Source: Albugo candida
Lineage: Eukaryota
Assembly: GCA_040437565.1 (NCBI GenBank)
Contig: JBDOQK010000028.1
Location: 1-64,000 of the forward strand
Direction: 5' to 3'
Length of the DNA stretch: 64,000 nt
The notes under the pieces are model-generated. The model made no database searches. It was given only the letters and a program-made list of their open reading frames with translations, and was not told the origin of the DNA. Both the position numbers and the translations under genes were made by a program. Below are positions 1 to 11,479 of this stretch, piece by piece; within the stretch, counting starts at the first letter, position 1; every line of letters begins with the position of its first letter.

Positions 1-1061
1 GATGCTACACCATTGTCCTTCAAATTTAACTTTGAGTCCTCTTGACACCAAAGCTGATACTGACAGTAGTCGTCGATCCATGCCTGGTACCAATAGCACA
101 TCATAAATGTTTACTCAAGCTGCATTTTCGAGTGTAACGGGAACAGTTCCAGTTCTTGTGGCTGTTAGTTGAAGGCCATTTGCAACAGTGATTTGAATTG
201 ATGATTTGACTTGTTCGAGATCCGTAAAATTTCTTGAAATGGACTCATGTGACTGCTGAAACCACTATCTAGTAACCAATTCATGTCAGACTTGTTCTTT
301 GACGCCATGAATGCGTGTTTGCTACTTGGTTGCCGTCTAGACTGCTGTCGATTTTGACGACATTACGCTATTCTATGTCCAGTACGTCCACATCCAAAAC
401 ACTTTCCATTGAACTTTTGTGCTGCTCCATCCCGTTGTTTATGGTTTCCTTGTCTTTCTTTTCTGAACTGCTGCTTCGTTGCTTTCAAAGCAAGTTCCCC
501 GGATTCCTTTCGTTGCAGCGATTCATATTCACGTTGGATCATTTCTTTCGCTTGTAAAATATCCATATTTGGTATGTTTTCGATGATTTTTACGATTGAG
601 TCGTATTCATCCAACAGAGTGCCTAATAGCAAGATGACTTGCTCGTCTTGAGTCAAAGTGTCTCCAATCGCAGCCGTTCTTGTGCAAATCTCCTCAAATT
701 TCTTGAGGTGTTCCAATGCATTTCCACCCTTTTCCATTTTGAACTCGTGCACTTGTCGTCAAGGCCTTAACGTCATTGACTTTCCACATTTCTATTGCTA
801 GATCGGCCTTATTCGGAATCTTCAAGGCATCAATGATTCCGTGTAATTTTCTTCGCACAATAAGTCACTCTGTTCCATCGAGCTTGGGCTCATAACCTGT
901 TGAATTGAAGTGAGCTTTGACGAGAGATCGTTAGAGCCACGTCGTTCAGTGTAGATTGAAAGTACGTTTATTAAGGTTTTAGATTGCTACCTACAGTAGA
1001 TGTAATATTAGAATCTTCAGCATGGCCTTTATTGTCCAATGTGTCCACACCATCATCAACA
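1..1061 (-). mobile_element. Ty1/Copia retrotransposon, 5' part (LTR, PBS, degraded gag-protease), running off the window edge
   Basis: Gag ORF 363-752 ends in zinc knuckle CFGCGRTGH. Protease motif WLLDSGFSSHM near 245-285. PBS GGTTATGAGCCC at 886-897 abuts the LTR. Stops and frameshifts present. Confidence 0.9.
898..1061 (-). repeat. Copia 5' LTR (~164 bp)
   Basis: Bounded by TGTTGA...TCAACA inverted termini and directly adjacent to the PBS. Confidence 0.75.
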
Positions 1062-1099
1062 AATTTCCCCTCTGATTGGCTAATATTCGTAAACCAATA

Positions 1100-2190
1100 T
1101 AATTGATCAATATGTGACTGTATAAGCACCAAAGATAAAATAATAAAATTTCTTGATTCATCTTTTTCTTGCACTTCTCCGAGTCCGAACGGTGCTTTGC
1201 TTCCCACAAGTACTACATAAACGTTTGTTTTGGTTTTTCCTTGGGTTCCACATATTCAAATCCAGATAAGTTGCGGCGCGTCGATCCATGTTCTTGGCGC
1301 GGTCGGGCGAGCAATTACTGGCTCTTGCGAAGTTTTTGGAATTTGTTGCGAAAGTGTCTGAATGTCGTAGCCTGCTTATCAAATGGCAAGGCTCCGAAGA
1401 AGGTGGCCACTTGATCAGGTAATATTGGGAGACTTCTGGCTGGCCACAATGGAGGAGGGCTTAGTTGGTGGGGCTTATTCAAGTGACGGATAGATGTAGC
1501 TCATTTGCAAGTTTTGGATTTCGACGCAGGTATTGACCCAGTTTTTGCTTATATGGATGATCACAGACGGCATGAATACTCGAAAGCACACGTCTTCGTC
1601 CTTTTTTGTGGCTGGCCGGCAATTTTCAACCGGTGAACGGCCATCTAAAGTTTTGAGGATTGCGGCTTGGAGGGCGTAGTACAGTCTGGTTTTACGAAAA
1701 ACAATTCCACGATCATTCCGCAGACATGTTTGAATGTTCCTCGTTAAAACCCCTTCTTCAGCAAATCCATCTACTTTGTTTTCAATTCTGTTTCGAGTCT
1801 GATGGGGATTGTATGGGTTCTTGTTGTGGTGGATGGCATATGGTTATGATCCTCTACAACCACGCCGATAGTCCAATTCAAGTCATCCTGTATGGCTTTC
1901 GAGCGGAAGGAACCTTTGACGAATACTGTCGAGGTCTTTAGTCTTCGCGTTTTTCCGTTAGACGAAGCAGATTGCGGTAAGACCCTCCTCGGTCGCATCT
2001 GAGATGGACCGTATAGTGTGCATTACATTGCTAGAAGGATGATTTTGTCACTAAACCAGCACATTCATTTAATGCCTTTACCGTGGCTTCACGAGAACTA
2101 TATTCAACTCCAGCAATAATGGTTGATGGATGTAGCAATTCGTTCTGAACCGTGACATCCGATTCTTCACTGTATTTTGCATCCATATTT
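1100..2190 (-). mobile_element. Mutator/MULE transposase remnant, internally deleted
   Basis: FAR1-like segment WTIGVVVEDHNHMPS (1771-1998) and C-terminal STRRNLSGFEYVE...CSTC knuckle (1160-1290), broken by stops. Confidence 0.6.
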
Positions 2191-2656
2191 CGCTTGATTA
2201 AATCCCTTAATATTGCGCAACCCGTTGAATGTTGCTGTGTCTTAGATAGGGGAGCTTAAAAATGTGGAAAAGTGGAAAAGTGGGAATACGTAAGCTACTA
2301 TACATCTTATGTTGAAGGACTACCGTATCGACCAATCATGTTATATTACATAAATTAGCTAATACGAGTTGTTTTATCTGTGGCAATAGTGGCACGGCTT
2401 TTCATTTATTCATAGAGAAGGTTTAAAATGCCATGACTGAATTCAAATTATTACCGCTAAGAGCTGATTGACTCCTCTACACAATGGTGGCATCCTACAG
2501 AGCCTAAAATCCCTTCTCTAAATATCCGAATATGAATGTCCATGTACGCTTTAACATACCCCCTGTAAGTCTTAATACGTACTGAGCATATATAAGATCA
2601 TTTAAAGAAACAATGATCGCCACTTCTGGTACTTGATTGCTGCTACTGATTACTAG

Positions 2657-3563
2657 TGTTAAATAGGCGCGACTGCTGATGTCGAAAGGGCACGACCACT
2701 GAAAATAAACTATTAGAAAAGATAATAGGACCAAAAGCTTCAAATGAAACAGTTTCTCATTTACTTCACACTGTTCAAGAAGCATGGACAACAACAAGTT
2801 ATGATTCCAAACTCCCCGGAGACCCCCTCGCCTTAAGCTCCACTTCGCGCACACGATAATGCGACAAGTTTTAGCGCGTAGTTCTCTAAAGCAAGTGAGC
2901 ACGGGGCCTCTGACCATGGTGTAGACCGTCTAGACAGAATGGAGAGACTCATCGGGAACGTGATGAGTGATATGGCACGGGAACGCGTAAAGCGTACTTA
3001 GTTGCCCCCCCCGCGGAATTAAAATACCACATGAAGAGTCGTTTGAGCGTCTTCATCCAGCTATTGGGTGCCCCACGACAGCTCTCCAGAGCTGGATCGC
3101 TCATTGTAGCCATGGGAGTGCAGATGCCGTTTTCTTCGCCGCAACCTTGAGTGCAGCAGCAACAGCTCTTTCCGACTGTGCAGCCTATGGCGCAAATAAA
3201 TATGCAGCTAGGGCAGCAATTCTTTCCTCAGCAAAAGTTTGTGACCAAGATGCCAAGTGTCACTGATATGAAGCTACCAATTGAGCGCTTTATTGGAAAA
3301 AATGAACACAGGACTTGGAGCTGGAATTAAAGACTGGGGTTGCATTTTCTGGACGAACTTGGTGCAGCTCCACAACTCAGGGGAGGCGAATGGCCTGAAG
3401 AGTTCAAGATGAGGACTCTAAATCGATATCTCGATCGCATCGGAAATACCAGCGGTTAAACATCTGAATGAACAAGATCTTGGAGGTGTACGACCGAGAA
3501 GTTACTGTCGCCCAAGCCACGCGGTTGATGCGAGCACGTAAAAAAAATGACCGCTCGCGGACG
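2657..3563 (+). mobile_element. Copia LTR plus degraded gag, truncated by an assembly gap
   Basis: TGTT...AACA (2657-2796) followed by PBS-like AGTTATGATTCC. Gag fragments (GGEWPEE, AQATRLM) resemble the gag at 51300-51600. Confidence 0.6.
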
Positions 3564-4254
3564 NNNNNNNNNNNNNNNNNNNNNNNNNNNNNNNNNNNNN
3601 NNNNNNNNNNNNNNNNNNNNNNNNNNNNNNNNNNNNNNNNNNNNNNNNNNNNNNNNNNNNNNNGTAAACGCTAAATGATGCCATGTTGCGAGAGTACAAG
3701 CTAGCAGGAGGTTGTGAAAGCTCTCGTTAGGATAGTCAATATAGATGCGATAAGTTTGACAGAAAAGGAAGATCACTCCCTCGAGCTTGCAAAACAAGCA
3801 CTGTCGAAATCAGTGGATCTATCCTACCTGGACATCCGCTGAAGGTGTCTTTATTACTAGAATAACACTAAGTGACTTATCTAGATGGCTAGGCTATCTT
3901 GAATAATAACACAGATTAAAAACGATTCCTGAAAATACCTGTGATAGATAATAGTATGTCTTCTTGTTGATAGCTCTGTTTTGCGGTAATCACCACAATA
4001 TAAGACTGTGTCCAGTGTGTATATAGCTCAAAATTTTCCAAAGTAACGTGCTCATGAAACTATTGTGCTCCACACTAGGCTGAAAAAGTGGCATTCAACT
4101 GTAAGTAGATTAGGAATTGCACTTGCACTTCCACTTCCATTTGATGGTGCCGTACCCGCAGCAACGATCGTCTACTCCTAAAAAAGCAATCAAATAATCC
4201 TTTCGTTTCAAGCTCATCCAGCTCCTTAGCAAGCCGAATGCGTTCGTCTTCATC

Positions 4255-5215
4255 GAATCACTGCCGTAAATGTATCAATCAAACGACGATTCCGTTCGGT
4301 CCAGACGAAGTGCAGATCACCGCTTGCAATACAGGCCATGAAACCGATAAAATCTGCAGTGAGTCTTTTCATGTTGGTTGCAATGCTGGAACAATTGCAC
4401 ATGCAGTATGCATCCAGCCTAAACGGGAATGGAAAAATGGTCACAAGCAAGATCATCTCCAGCATAAATGTGCCGTGTCATCAGACTGGAAAAAGATAGG
4501 GAATTGCTAAACTCACCCTCGCTTTTTCCTAAACTCATCCCATGCATTTTTTAACCAATCATATTTCATCATCTTTGATAGTTTAGCCAATCACGCTTGA
4601 TCGGTTTAAACAATCATAAAACAGCAAATTTTTAATATCCTTGGGCGCTTTTGACATTGAAATCTACCGTCAATCATACCTTCCCGCAAAATGTCTATCA
4701 CGAGCCTCCTGGACTTCAATTGGATCTCACTCGAGGACGATGAACAAGCAATTAGAGCGGCGGCCCTCTCTGACGGCTTTCCAGTGAAAGTTGCACGATC
4801 CAGAAACGTCGGAAACAATCCTGAGACCGAAGTGCGAGTAAAAGTTTTCTAATCCACAAACCCGTCGCCTTCCCAGATACAGTATTTGTCAAGCAATAGG
4901 ACATAATGTCAGGAGGTGCAGGTTGCATCAAGTTCAACTTTTATCGAATCAATCAAAATGATGAAATATGTTCGGTTAAAATTGCATGGGGTGGGTTGAG
5001 TAAAAATCGAGGGTGAGTTTAGCAATTCCCAAAAGATATTTTAATTAGATTCCAGTGCGCTGATCGAACAAACGACGATTCCTATGTGTCTAGACGAAAT
5101 GCAGTGTCACCGCTCACAACGCAATCCATAAATCCGATTTAATTTGCTGATATGTTTTCCAATCCGACCGTAGTGCTAATACGATTGCACATGCAGTATG
5201 CGTCCATCTTGGGCG
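4255..5215. repeat. Diverged direct repeat (about 4255-4420 and 5060-5215) on either side of the MITE
   Basis: Shared CAAACGACGATTCC...AGACGAA.TGCAG and ATTGCACATGCAGTATGC blocks. Confidence 0.65.
4499..5030. mobile_element. Non-autonomous TIR DNA transposon (MITE), 532 bp
   Basis: Termini GGGAATTGCTAAACTCACCCTCG / CGAGGGTGAGTTTAGCAATTCCC, with imperfect inversion extending about 75 bp. Perfect 8-bp TSD AAAAGATA at 4491-4498 and 5031-5038. Confidence 0.9.
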
Positions 5216-6872
5216 AGAGGAAAAAAACTGATCCGAACTAGAAAGAAAATCCCAGATCGCACTCTAGAAAGAGTATTGATCGGATTTCACTACCCCACAC
5301 GAAGAATGCGTGCACACTATTATGTCGAGCGGAATATCCTTCAAGAACCAGAAACGAGATCGAACTGACAACATTCGAAAGGCTAGACGAAACTGTAAAT
5401 CTTCGAGTATCGGTAATAAACGTTTCGAAGATGCCGTGATGTAGCCATGAATATTTGAACTCGTTCTGAATCTAGTGCATCCTATCGCTCCCCTGATGAC
5501 CAATGTGTCAAGCTCGGACGACTCTTGGTTGGTTCGGGAGGTTCCAGACGATTCGTGAGAGTCCTGAGCGTGGAATTGATGGAAAATAATGCTGTCTCTC
5601 CTTGCTCTGTAGTCGCATATAAAAATCTACCACTTGTGTTTGTTCGAATCAAAGTGATGAGACCAAGCGTCCAGCGGATACGCTGCAGTATCTGAGTGAC
5701 TTCGTTGTCCAGTCGACACAGCAACGTTTCTTCAGCCATATCCGATGCGTTCAGCTCTTCGTCGCTGTGATACATGTCGACAAAATCTTCCTCCGTTGGC
5801 CATGTGTCGCTTTCACGAAAAAAGTCTTGCAGAATTCAAATCTCGAAAAGCGTGACAAAGAATTTCTTAAATGTTCGATGTGGTTCGTCCACAATGCCAA
5901 GATTGTACCAAACGTTTTGCATACTCGAATTACGAGTAGCAGCTTCATATTGTAATTCTTGGTCGCAGTGGAACCACATCGGTTGTTCCATGTAGTACTG
6001 ACGGCGTTGTGAAACATTCAAATCGGATATTGTAATGCCCCAATCCATCTGATGCNNNNNNNNNNNNNNNNNNNNNNNNNNNNNNNNNNNNNNNNNNNNN
6101 NNNNNNNNNNNNNNNNNNNNNNNNNNNNNNNNNNNNNNNNNNNNNNNNNNNNNNNTTGCCTTTGGGTCACTCTGTGACGAGGCAACGACAGTACCGCTTG
6201 TACCACCGGTACCACATCCTACACCGGTAGTACCGGTATTACCCTGTACCGTCACACTGGGGTGGGGGTACTTTCCACGTCATCACATAGGGGTGATGAC
6301 TCATCAAGAATCATGCAATCACCCAAGACAGGGTGACTCGTGAGGGTTGCCACGTCACTGCAAGTTGACGCTAGCACCCTTGGTTGTGTCGATATGTCGA
6401 CTTGAACCATTGTTTTCGAGAGGAAAGAGTTGAAAAAAGTCGTTTTTTCGAAATGTTTTTACTAAATTAGCGGGTTACGTAGTAGCCGGCAAATTGAGAA
6501 GTTACAAGGATTCATATAGAACCTGATGCAGTAAATTCACAGCAAATATTATACGTGGTAGCGCATGCGGGGTCATCAGGTCATCGTACCAGTAACGCAA
6601 TATTGCACATATTGCCAAATCACGTGGCGTGGACGACGATGAAGGGTGATGTGAAGCATTTTGTAGATAAGTATACACATTTTTGGTCTCAAATTGAAAA
6701 AAATGTCCACGACCGTTTGTTGAAACATTGCGGGCAACACGGCCATATGAGATTATCGGTCGTTACCGAAACGAATAAACCGGTTCTGTCTGTTTTGGTT
6801 TTGTATGATGGTATGAATAGATCTTAGACTAGACCAGTTTGAACGCTATGGAGTAGTTTTACGATGGGCAAG

Positions 6873-7067
6873 TGTTGTAAGTCCACACTTCGAAACGCAG
6901 CCTCCCTCTCCTCGTTCACATGGCGCCGTATAACTTATTACTTAGTTGTTAAAAGTTTGCCTTCTCTATTTACCAATTTTTGCTCTTCCATAAACCCGCT
7001 ACCCCGTAACCAGATCCGCACTCCGTGACTCAACTACAACATAGCCGGATCCGGTCCAGATCCAAAA
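6873..7067 (-). repeat. Gypsy 3' LTR
   Basis: Diverged direct repeat of 11289-11479 (TGTTGTAAGTCC...GGATCCGGTCCAGA), with an adjacent purine tract on the minus strand. Confidence 0.85.
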
Positions 7068-10000
7068 CTTCTTCCAAAAGGTATCTTCAGCTCGCTGATA
7101 ATATCTTTGTTTACAGGGTCCTCTTGGTGACGCAATGCATACGCCTGAAGCGCCGCAGGAACATCTTCCTTTGAATGAGCTACGGGCTCCTATGCATTCT
7201 CATTTCCGTCTAGGACGACAGGCTCATTGCTTTTCCATCACGTGGCCTTCACTATTGTGAGCGACATGGGCCAATAGGTCACCTTCGAATTTCAAATCTT
7301 GTCCGCATGAAATTTGAGACGCCCAGCTTTGCCTTCGCGTTCCTGGCCAGTGATAAAAAGTTTCGCCGTAAGAATTCAGTTTGAGCTGAACCCGTCACCG
7401 TTGCCGGTCTGAACCAGTGAGAACGCAAGTTGTCGCGCTTTGTGTGGGCGTTAAAGGCATGAATTTGTGCATGGTAACCGCGCTCGCACGAAGGTATTTG
7501 AATTGGAGTACTTGCAACTCGTGAATGCATTTCAACGTCATGTTCGGGAATGAACAGCTAGGCAGCGCGCCATCCCCGTCATCACCAGCGCTTCACCCTC
7601 CAAAGACGGCGACATGGATTAGTTGAGAACATATTGATACCAAAAGAAAATATTGAACGTAGCCAGTCACGCAAATGAATTCGCGATTCACTCGCGAGAG
7701 TATGAAATACTCGAAGTAGCTCTTTGTTTACCACTTTAACAGTTCCATTCGCCCAGGTTCATCGTGCAGCCTTGATGTAGGCGGGGGTCCCCGATCACTG
7801 CATTTTTGAGATGTGATTCTTGATGGCTTACTTAGCGGTTACATATTCCAAATGATGCAATCCAATATTAGCAATACCTCGCGCATGATTAAGGCATCTG
7901 CCCAGCGATGTCTTTGAGGTACACATACTTGATTGCATCTTCTTCAAGCACGTGAATATAGCGCTGTACCGTACTCGAATTCCCAATATACACATAGTCC
8001 CATTGTAATGTATCTTTCGGCTTCGTACCATGTAGCCCTTCTCCAAGACTTCACATTACTGTTCCGTCCGTATCACTAAAGTGTAAACATTGCTTTACAA
8101 ACACCTGAACATCTTGCTTCAATGTTGTCCAGTCGTAAAGCTCGGCCACATTTTGAGTCGTCACATCGACCCCTCCCCCTCCAGGACCACTAATACCAAA
8201 ATAGCCACTACGAACAGTGTAACCTGGAGCTCAGACGCCTCGTCTGGCATTCAAATTCTCCCGGATTTCGTACGGTACACGCCATCAAGATGTTGATCAA
8301 CTGAATCTTAGCTGCTTTCTGGGCTTAGCCAACTTCTTCCATGGTCGGCTATACATGATTCCCTTCCAAAGTTGGCGACAGCGGGCGGGGTTCTTGGTAA
8401 ATCACGCATACTGTTCGCATCGGCGAACCCCATCGGGATAGAAGATCCGCCCAGATATTTTCCACGCCAGTGATATCGTGTGTTTCATACCGATATGCCA
8501 TTAGAAGGATGGCCCACCGCTGCAACTTTGCGGCTGTGTATTTCGGTACACTTGCGATAAGACTGCGAGGATTGAACATATGCTAAAGATTCCGATGATC
8601 GGTAAACAAATTACATCCACTTAGGCAGTGCAGCAGGTAGTCGGCACGGCGACAGGTTTCCACAACGCGTAGGCCTCCTTTTCCACTATTTCCCACTTGA
8701 TGAAAGCGTCACTGAAGGTGCCACCTAAAAACATTGAAGGCTGATGGTCTTGCTAGTTCTAGTTCTAACTTTTTGTTTCCATTTGTTTAGAAACCTGCGT
8801 TATCACTGCTCCCCGATAACAATCCTATGAATCCGTGAATACGCATAGCTGCTTGTTGATTTCCAGGTGAGATAACTCCACTGATTTCGAGAGTTCCTTT
8901 TTTGCACGGTTGAGGCAGAATTCTTCTTTCTGGTCCAGCCTAATTCATCCATATTGACTTTCTTGACCTGATAGATTTTACGACATCCGGCTCGCTCGTA
9001 CTCTCGCTCTATGGCATCCGTTTACGTTGCCACTATGCGATTGTAGCCGGGAATCGAAGAACGCTTCCATCCCAAACGACACAGAAACTGCTGCAACTCC
9101 TCTCCATTTTTGTTAGGGAGAAGAAATTAACCAATGCAGCGATACGCCACGGATCATGCTTCATACCACTTCCACCGATAATGCGGCGCACTATTTTTCT
9201 TCCTGCTGGAAAAGCTGTTTTTGCTCGGGTTCAACTTCAAACGTTGCGTTTCGCACACCATAAGCACTTTCCCAACTATATCAACAGGTGTTGTTCATCC
9301 GTTNNNNNNNNNNNNNNNNNNNNNNNNNNNNNNNNNNNNNNNNNNNNNNNNNNNNNNNNNNNNNNNNNNNNNNNNNNNNNNNNNNNNNNNNNNNNNNNNN
9401 NNNTATTTCTGGAAACCAGTTTGTTCCATCGGTTCTTACGAGGACTTTCTTCTCCTCCGTAAAATCAACTTCTTCATGTTGAATGCAAACACCGACAGTC
9501 TCCTTTTGTAAATCGCCTTCATTTTCAACGCGGTCAAAGTCCACATCGGTCATACGCAACCTTGTGTTATGCAACATTTGGCGTGGACTGTAGCCTAATC
9601 GATGCAGGGCCTCTTTTCCTAGTAGGACCTGTCCCAATCCAGTCGGGAAATCTTTTTCCGCAATCCAGCAAACCACGTTTCTCAGCAAAATCCCACGTCC
9701 GTCGCGAATTTGAAGTTTAGCTTCACGACTTAAGGTAATTTCGATTTTTTTTGCTGAGCGAAATTCTGAGTTTGATTTGGTATCGCAAGATGTTGAAAAG
9801 TTAACCAACACCCTTTTGTCGTAACTGGTCTATAAGCTATGGGGTAAGTACTGATTCGTCGTCACTGCTATCCGGAGTGATCACAACTTCGTGATCATCT
9901 GCAACCCATCCCAATATAGTCCCTTGTGGCTTCTCGAAGACCTCTGCACCAATCCGATCATTGGTTCTCTAGTTTTTTCTGGTAGTTTTTGTCAAATACT

Positions 10001-11288
10001 TTCCTTGCTTCTTCTACAGAGTGACATTGGGCAATAAAAACACTCCGTCATCCTTCGAGCCATACTTGTAGCGTGCACCACGTGTACCCGTTACTGTTTT
10101 TTCGGCCTCGCTTTCCCACAAAACTTTGGCTGACCTCTATATTGAATTCGCAATGTTTTCTTCCGTCAGTCTATCTGTCAGTACCTTGTGACGGCTATCG
10201 TCCGGTAAAAACGATTCAAATTTGAGAAAAACTTTTCAACTGTATCTTGATCCAACTTACAAAAACCACCTTTGATCCTTTCATAGCCTTATTTTGATTT
10301 TTTTTCTTCAGTTCTCTGTGTATCATCTACCTAAATGTCGTCGGACGCAACGCGTTGGTGAAATGGGCCACTGTCATCTTCGGCTCGATTACTATGAACA
10401 TCTTCAGATCAAGCATGTCCAGTATTGTCAAATAGTCTGCAAGTAAACGCACTACTCTTGAATTCGCATCTTGCAGGTTTGTGTCCATGCTGAGATGTTT
10501 TGCATCTCTATATAATTTCTCGTAGTCGTCATTTTCAGAATCCGTACGGAGAGGAAGTGATTCAACCTACCTTGTTTCGTGCTGTTCCCCTCCGGCTTCT
10601 GCAATCTCAAATTGACGAATTCGGTTCATCACTTTGTGGTCGATACAGGCACCAACAGGCATCAAAAATACGCGACTTCAAATGCTCGCATTGAGCACCC
10701 TTACGCAACGATAGTACAACAACACAGGTCCATGAATTCCCTCTTCTCTTTGTTCATACTTTCACTATACGTCGGGGTTATAGGCATATTTGCCCCAGTC
10801 GCCAACGCCACACGCTCCGTGCGAATATAGCTTATCCCTCCATGGAACTCTCGTCTTGATTGGCAAAGAGTTCTCAACGTGCTTCACTAGCCGCACGCGA
10901 TCGCTTACCTAGATAGGATATCTTATGTTGCTGTATGCTTATCGCCTCAGCTGCCTCCTTCAACGCTTGGAACTGATGGGCAAAAACTCTTTCTGTTGCT
11001 CCATTTCCGGTTTCATGGATTGCTGTCACTCATTCAACGCCAGCTGGCTCTGATACTGCTGGGCCAGATATCCTGTGCGCTGTTTCTTCACTGTGTCTCG
11101 CCCGTTCCTCCGCAGCATTCGACACAACGGATCTCTACAACGACCTTTCCGGTATAACCCGTCTTGTCTGGGTCTGCACATTATTTTGAATGACGTGCTT
11201 CACTTCGCAGAGGGCTTTGTCGTCTGTCGTCACCACTCATGAAGGCACTCTTACTTGATAGCACGATACTTTCGGCTAAAGAATTCTT

Positions 11289-11479
11289 TGTTGTAAGTCC
11301 GCACTTCGAAACGCAGCCTCGCTGCTCTCGTTAACACGGCCCCCATGTAGCTTATTACTTGGTGGTTAAAAACTCTGCCTTATCTAGCTACCACTCCTTG
11401 TTATTCCGCAAACGCGCTACCCCGTACCCATATCCGCACCGCCAACCACAACGTACCCGGATCCGGTCCAGACCCAACA
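11289..11479 (-). repeat. Gypsy 5' LTR
   Basis: TG...CA bounded direct repeat of 6873-7067. Confidence 0.85.

Larger units (their letters stand above)
6873..11479 (-). mobile_element. Full-length but degraded Ty3/Gypsy chromovirus-like element with both LTRs
   Basis: LTRs 6873-7067 and 11289-11479; TSD GCAAG/GTAAG. Domain order gag, protease (LLGKEALHRLG), RT, RNase H (EKEAYA, TDHRNL, KLQRWAILLMAY), integrase, chromodomain (EPVAHSKEDVP). Confidence 0.88.

Noticed and set aside
5264-6055. Frameshifted minus-strand ORFs
   Set aside because: Coding-like, but no recognisable family; left uncalled.
6173-6256. 84-bp TGTGACG...CGTCACA unit with GTACC repeats
   Set aside because: LTR-like termini but no TSD or partner copy, and next to a gap; cannot be classified. 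Not a CRISPR array.
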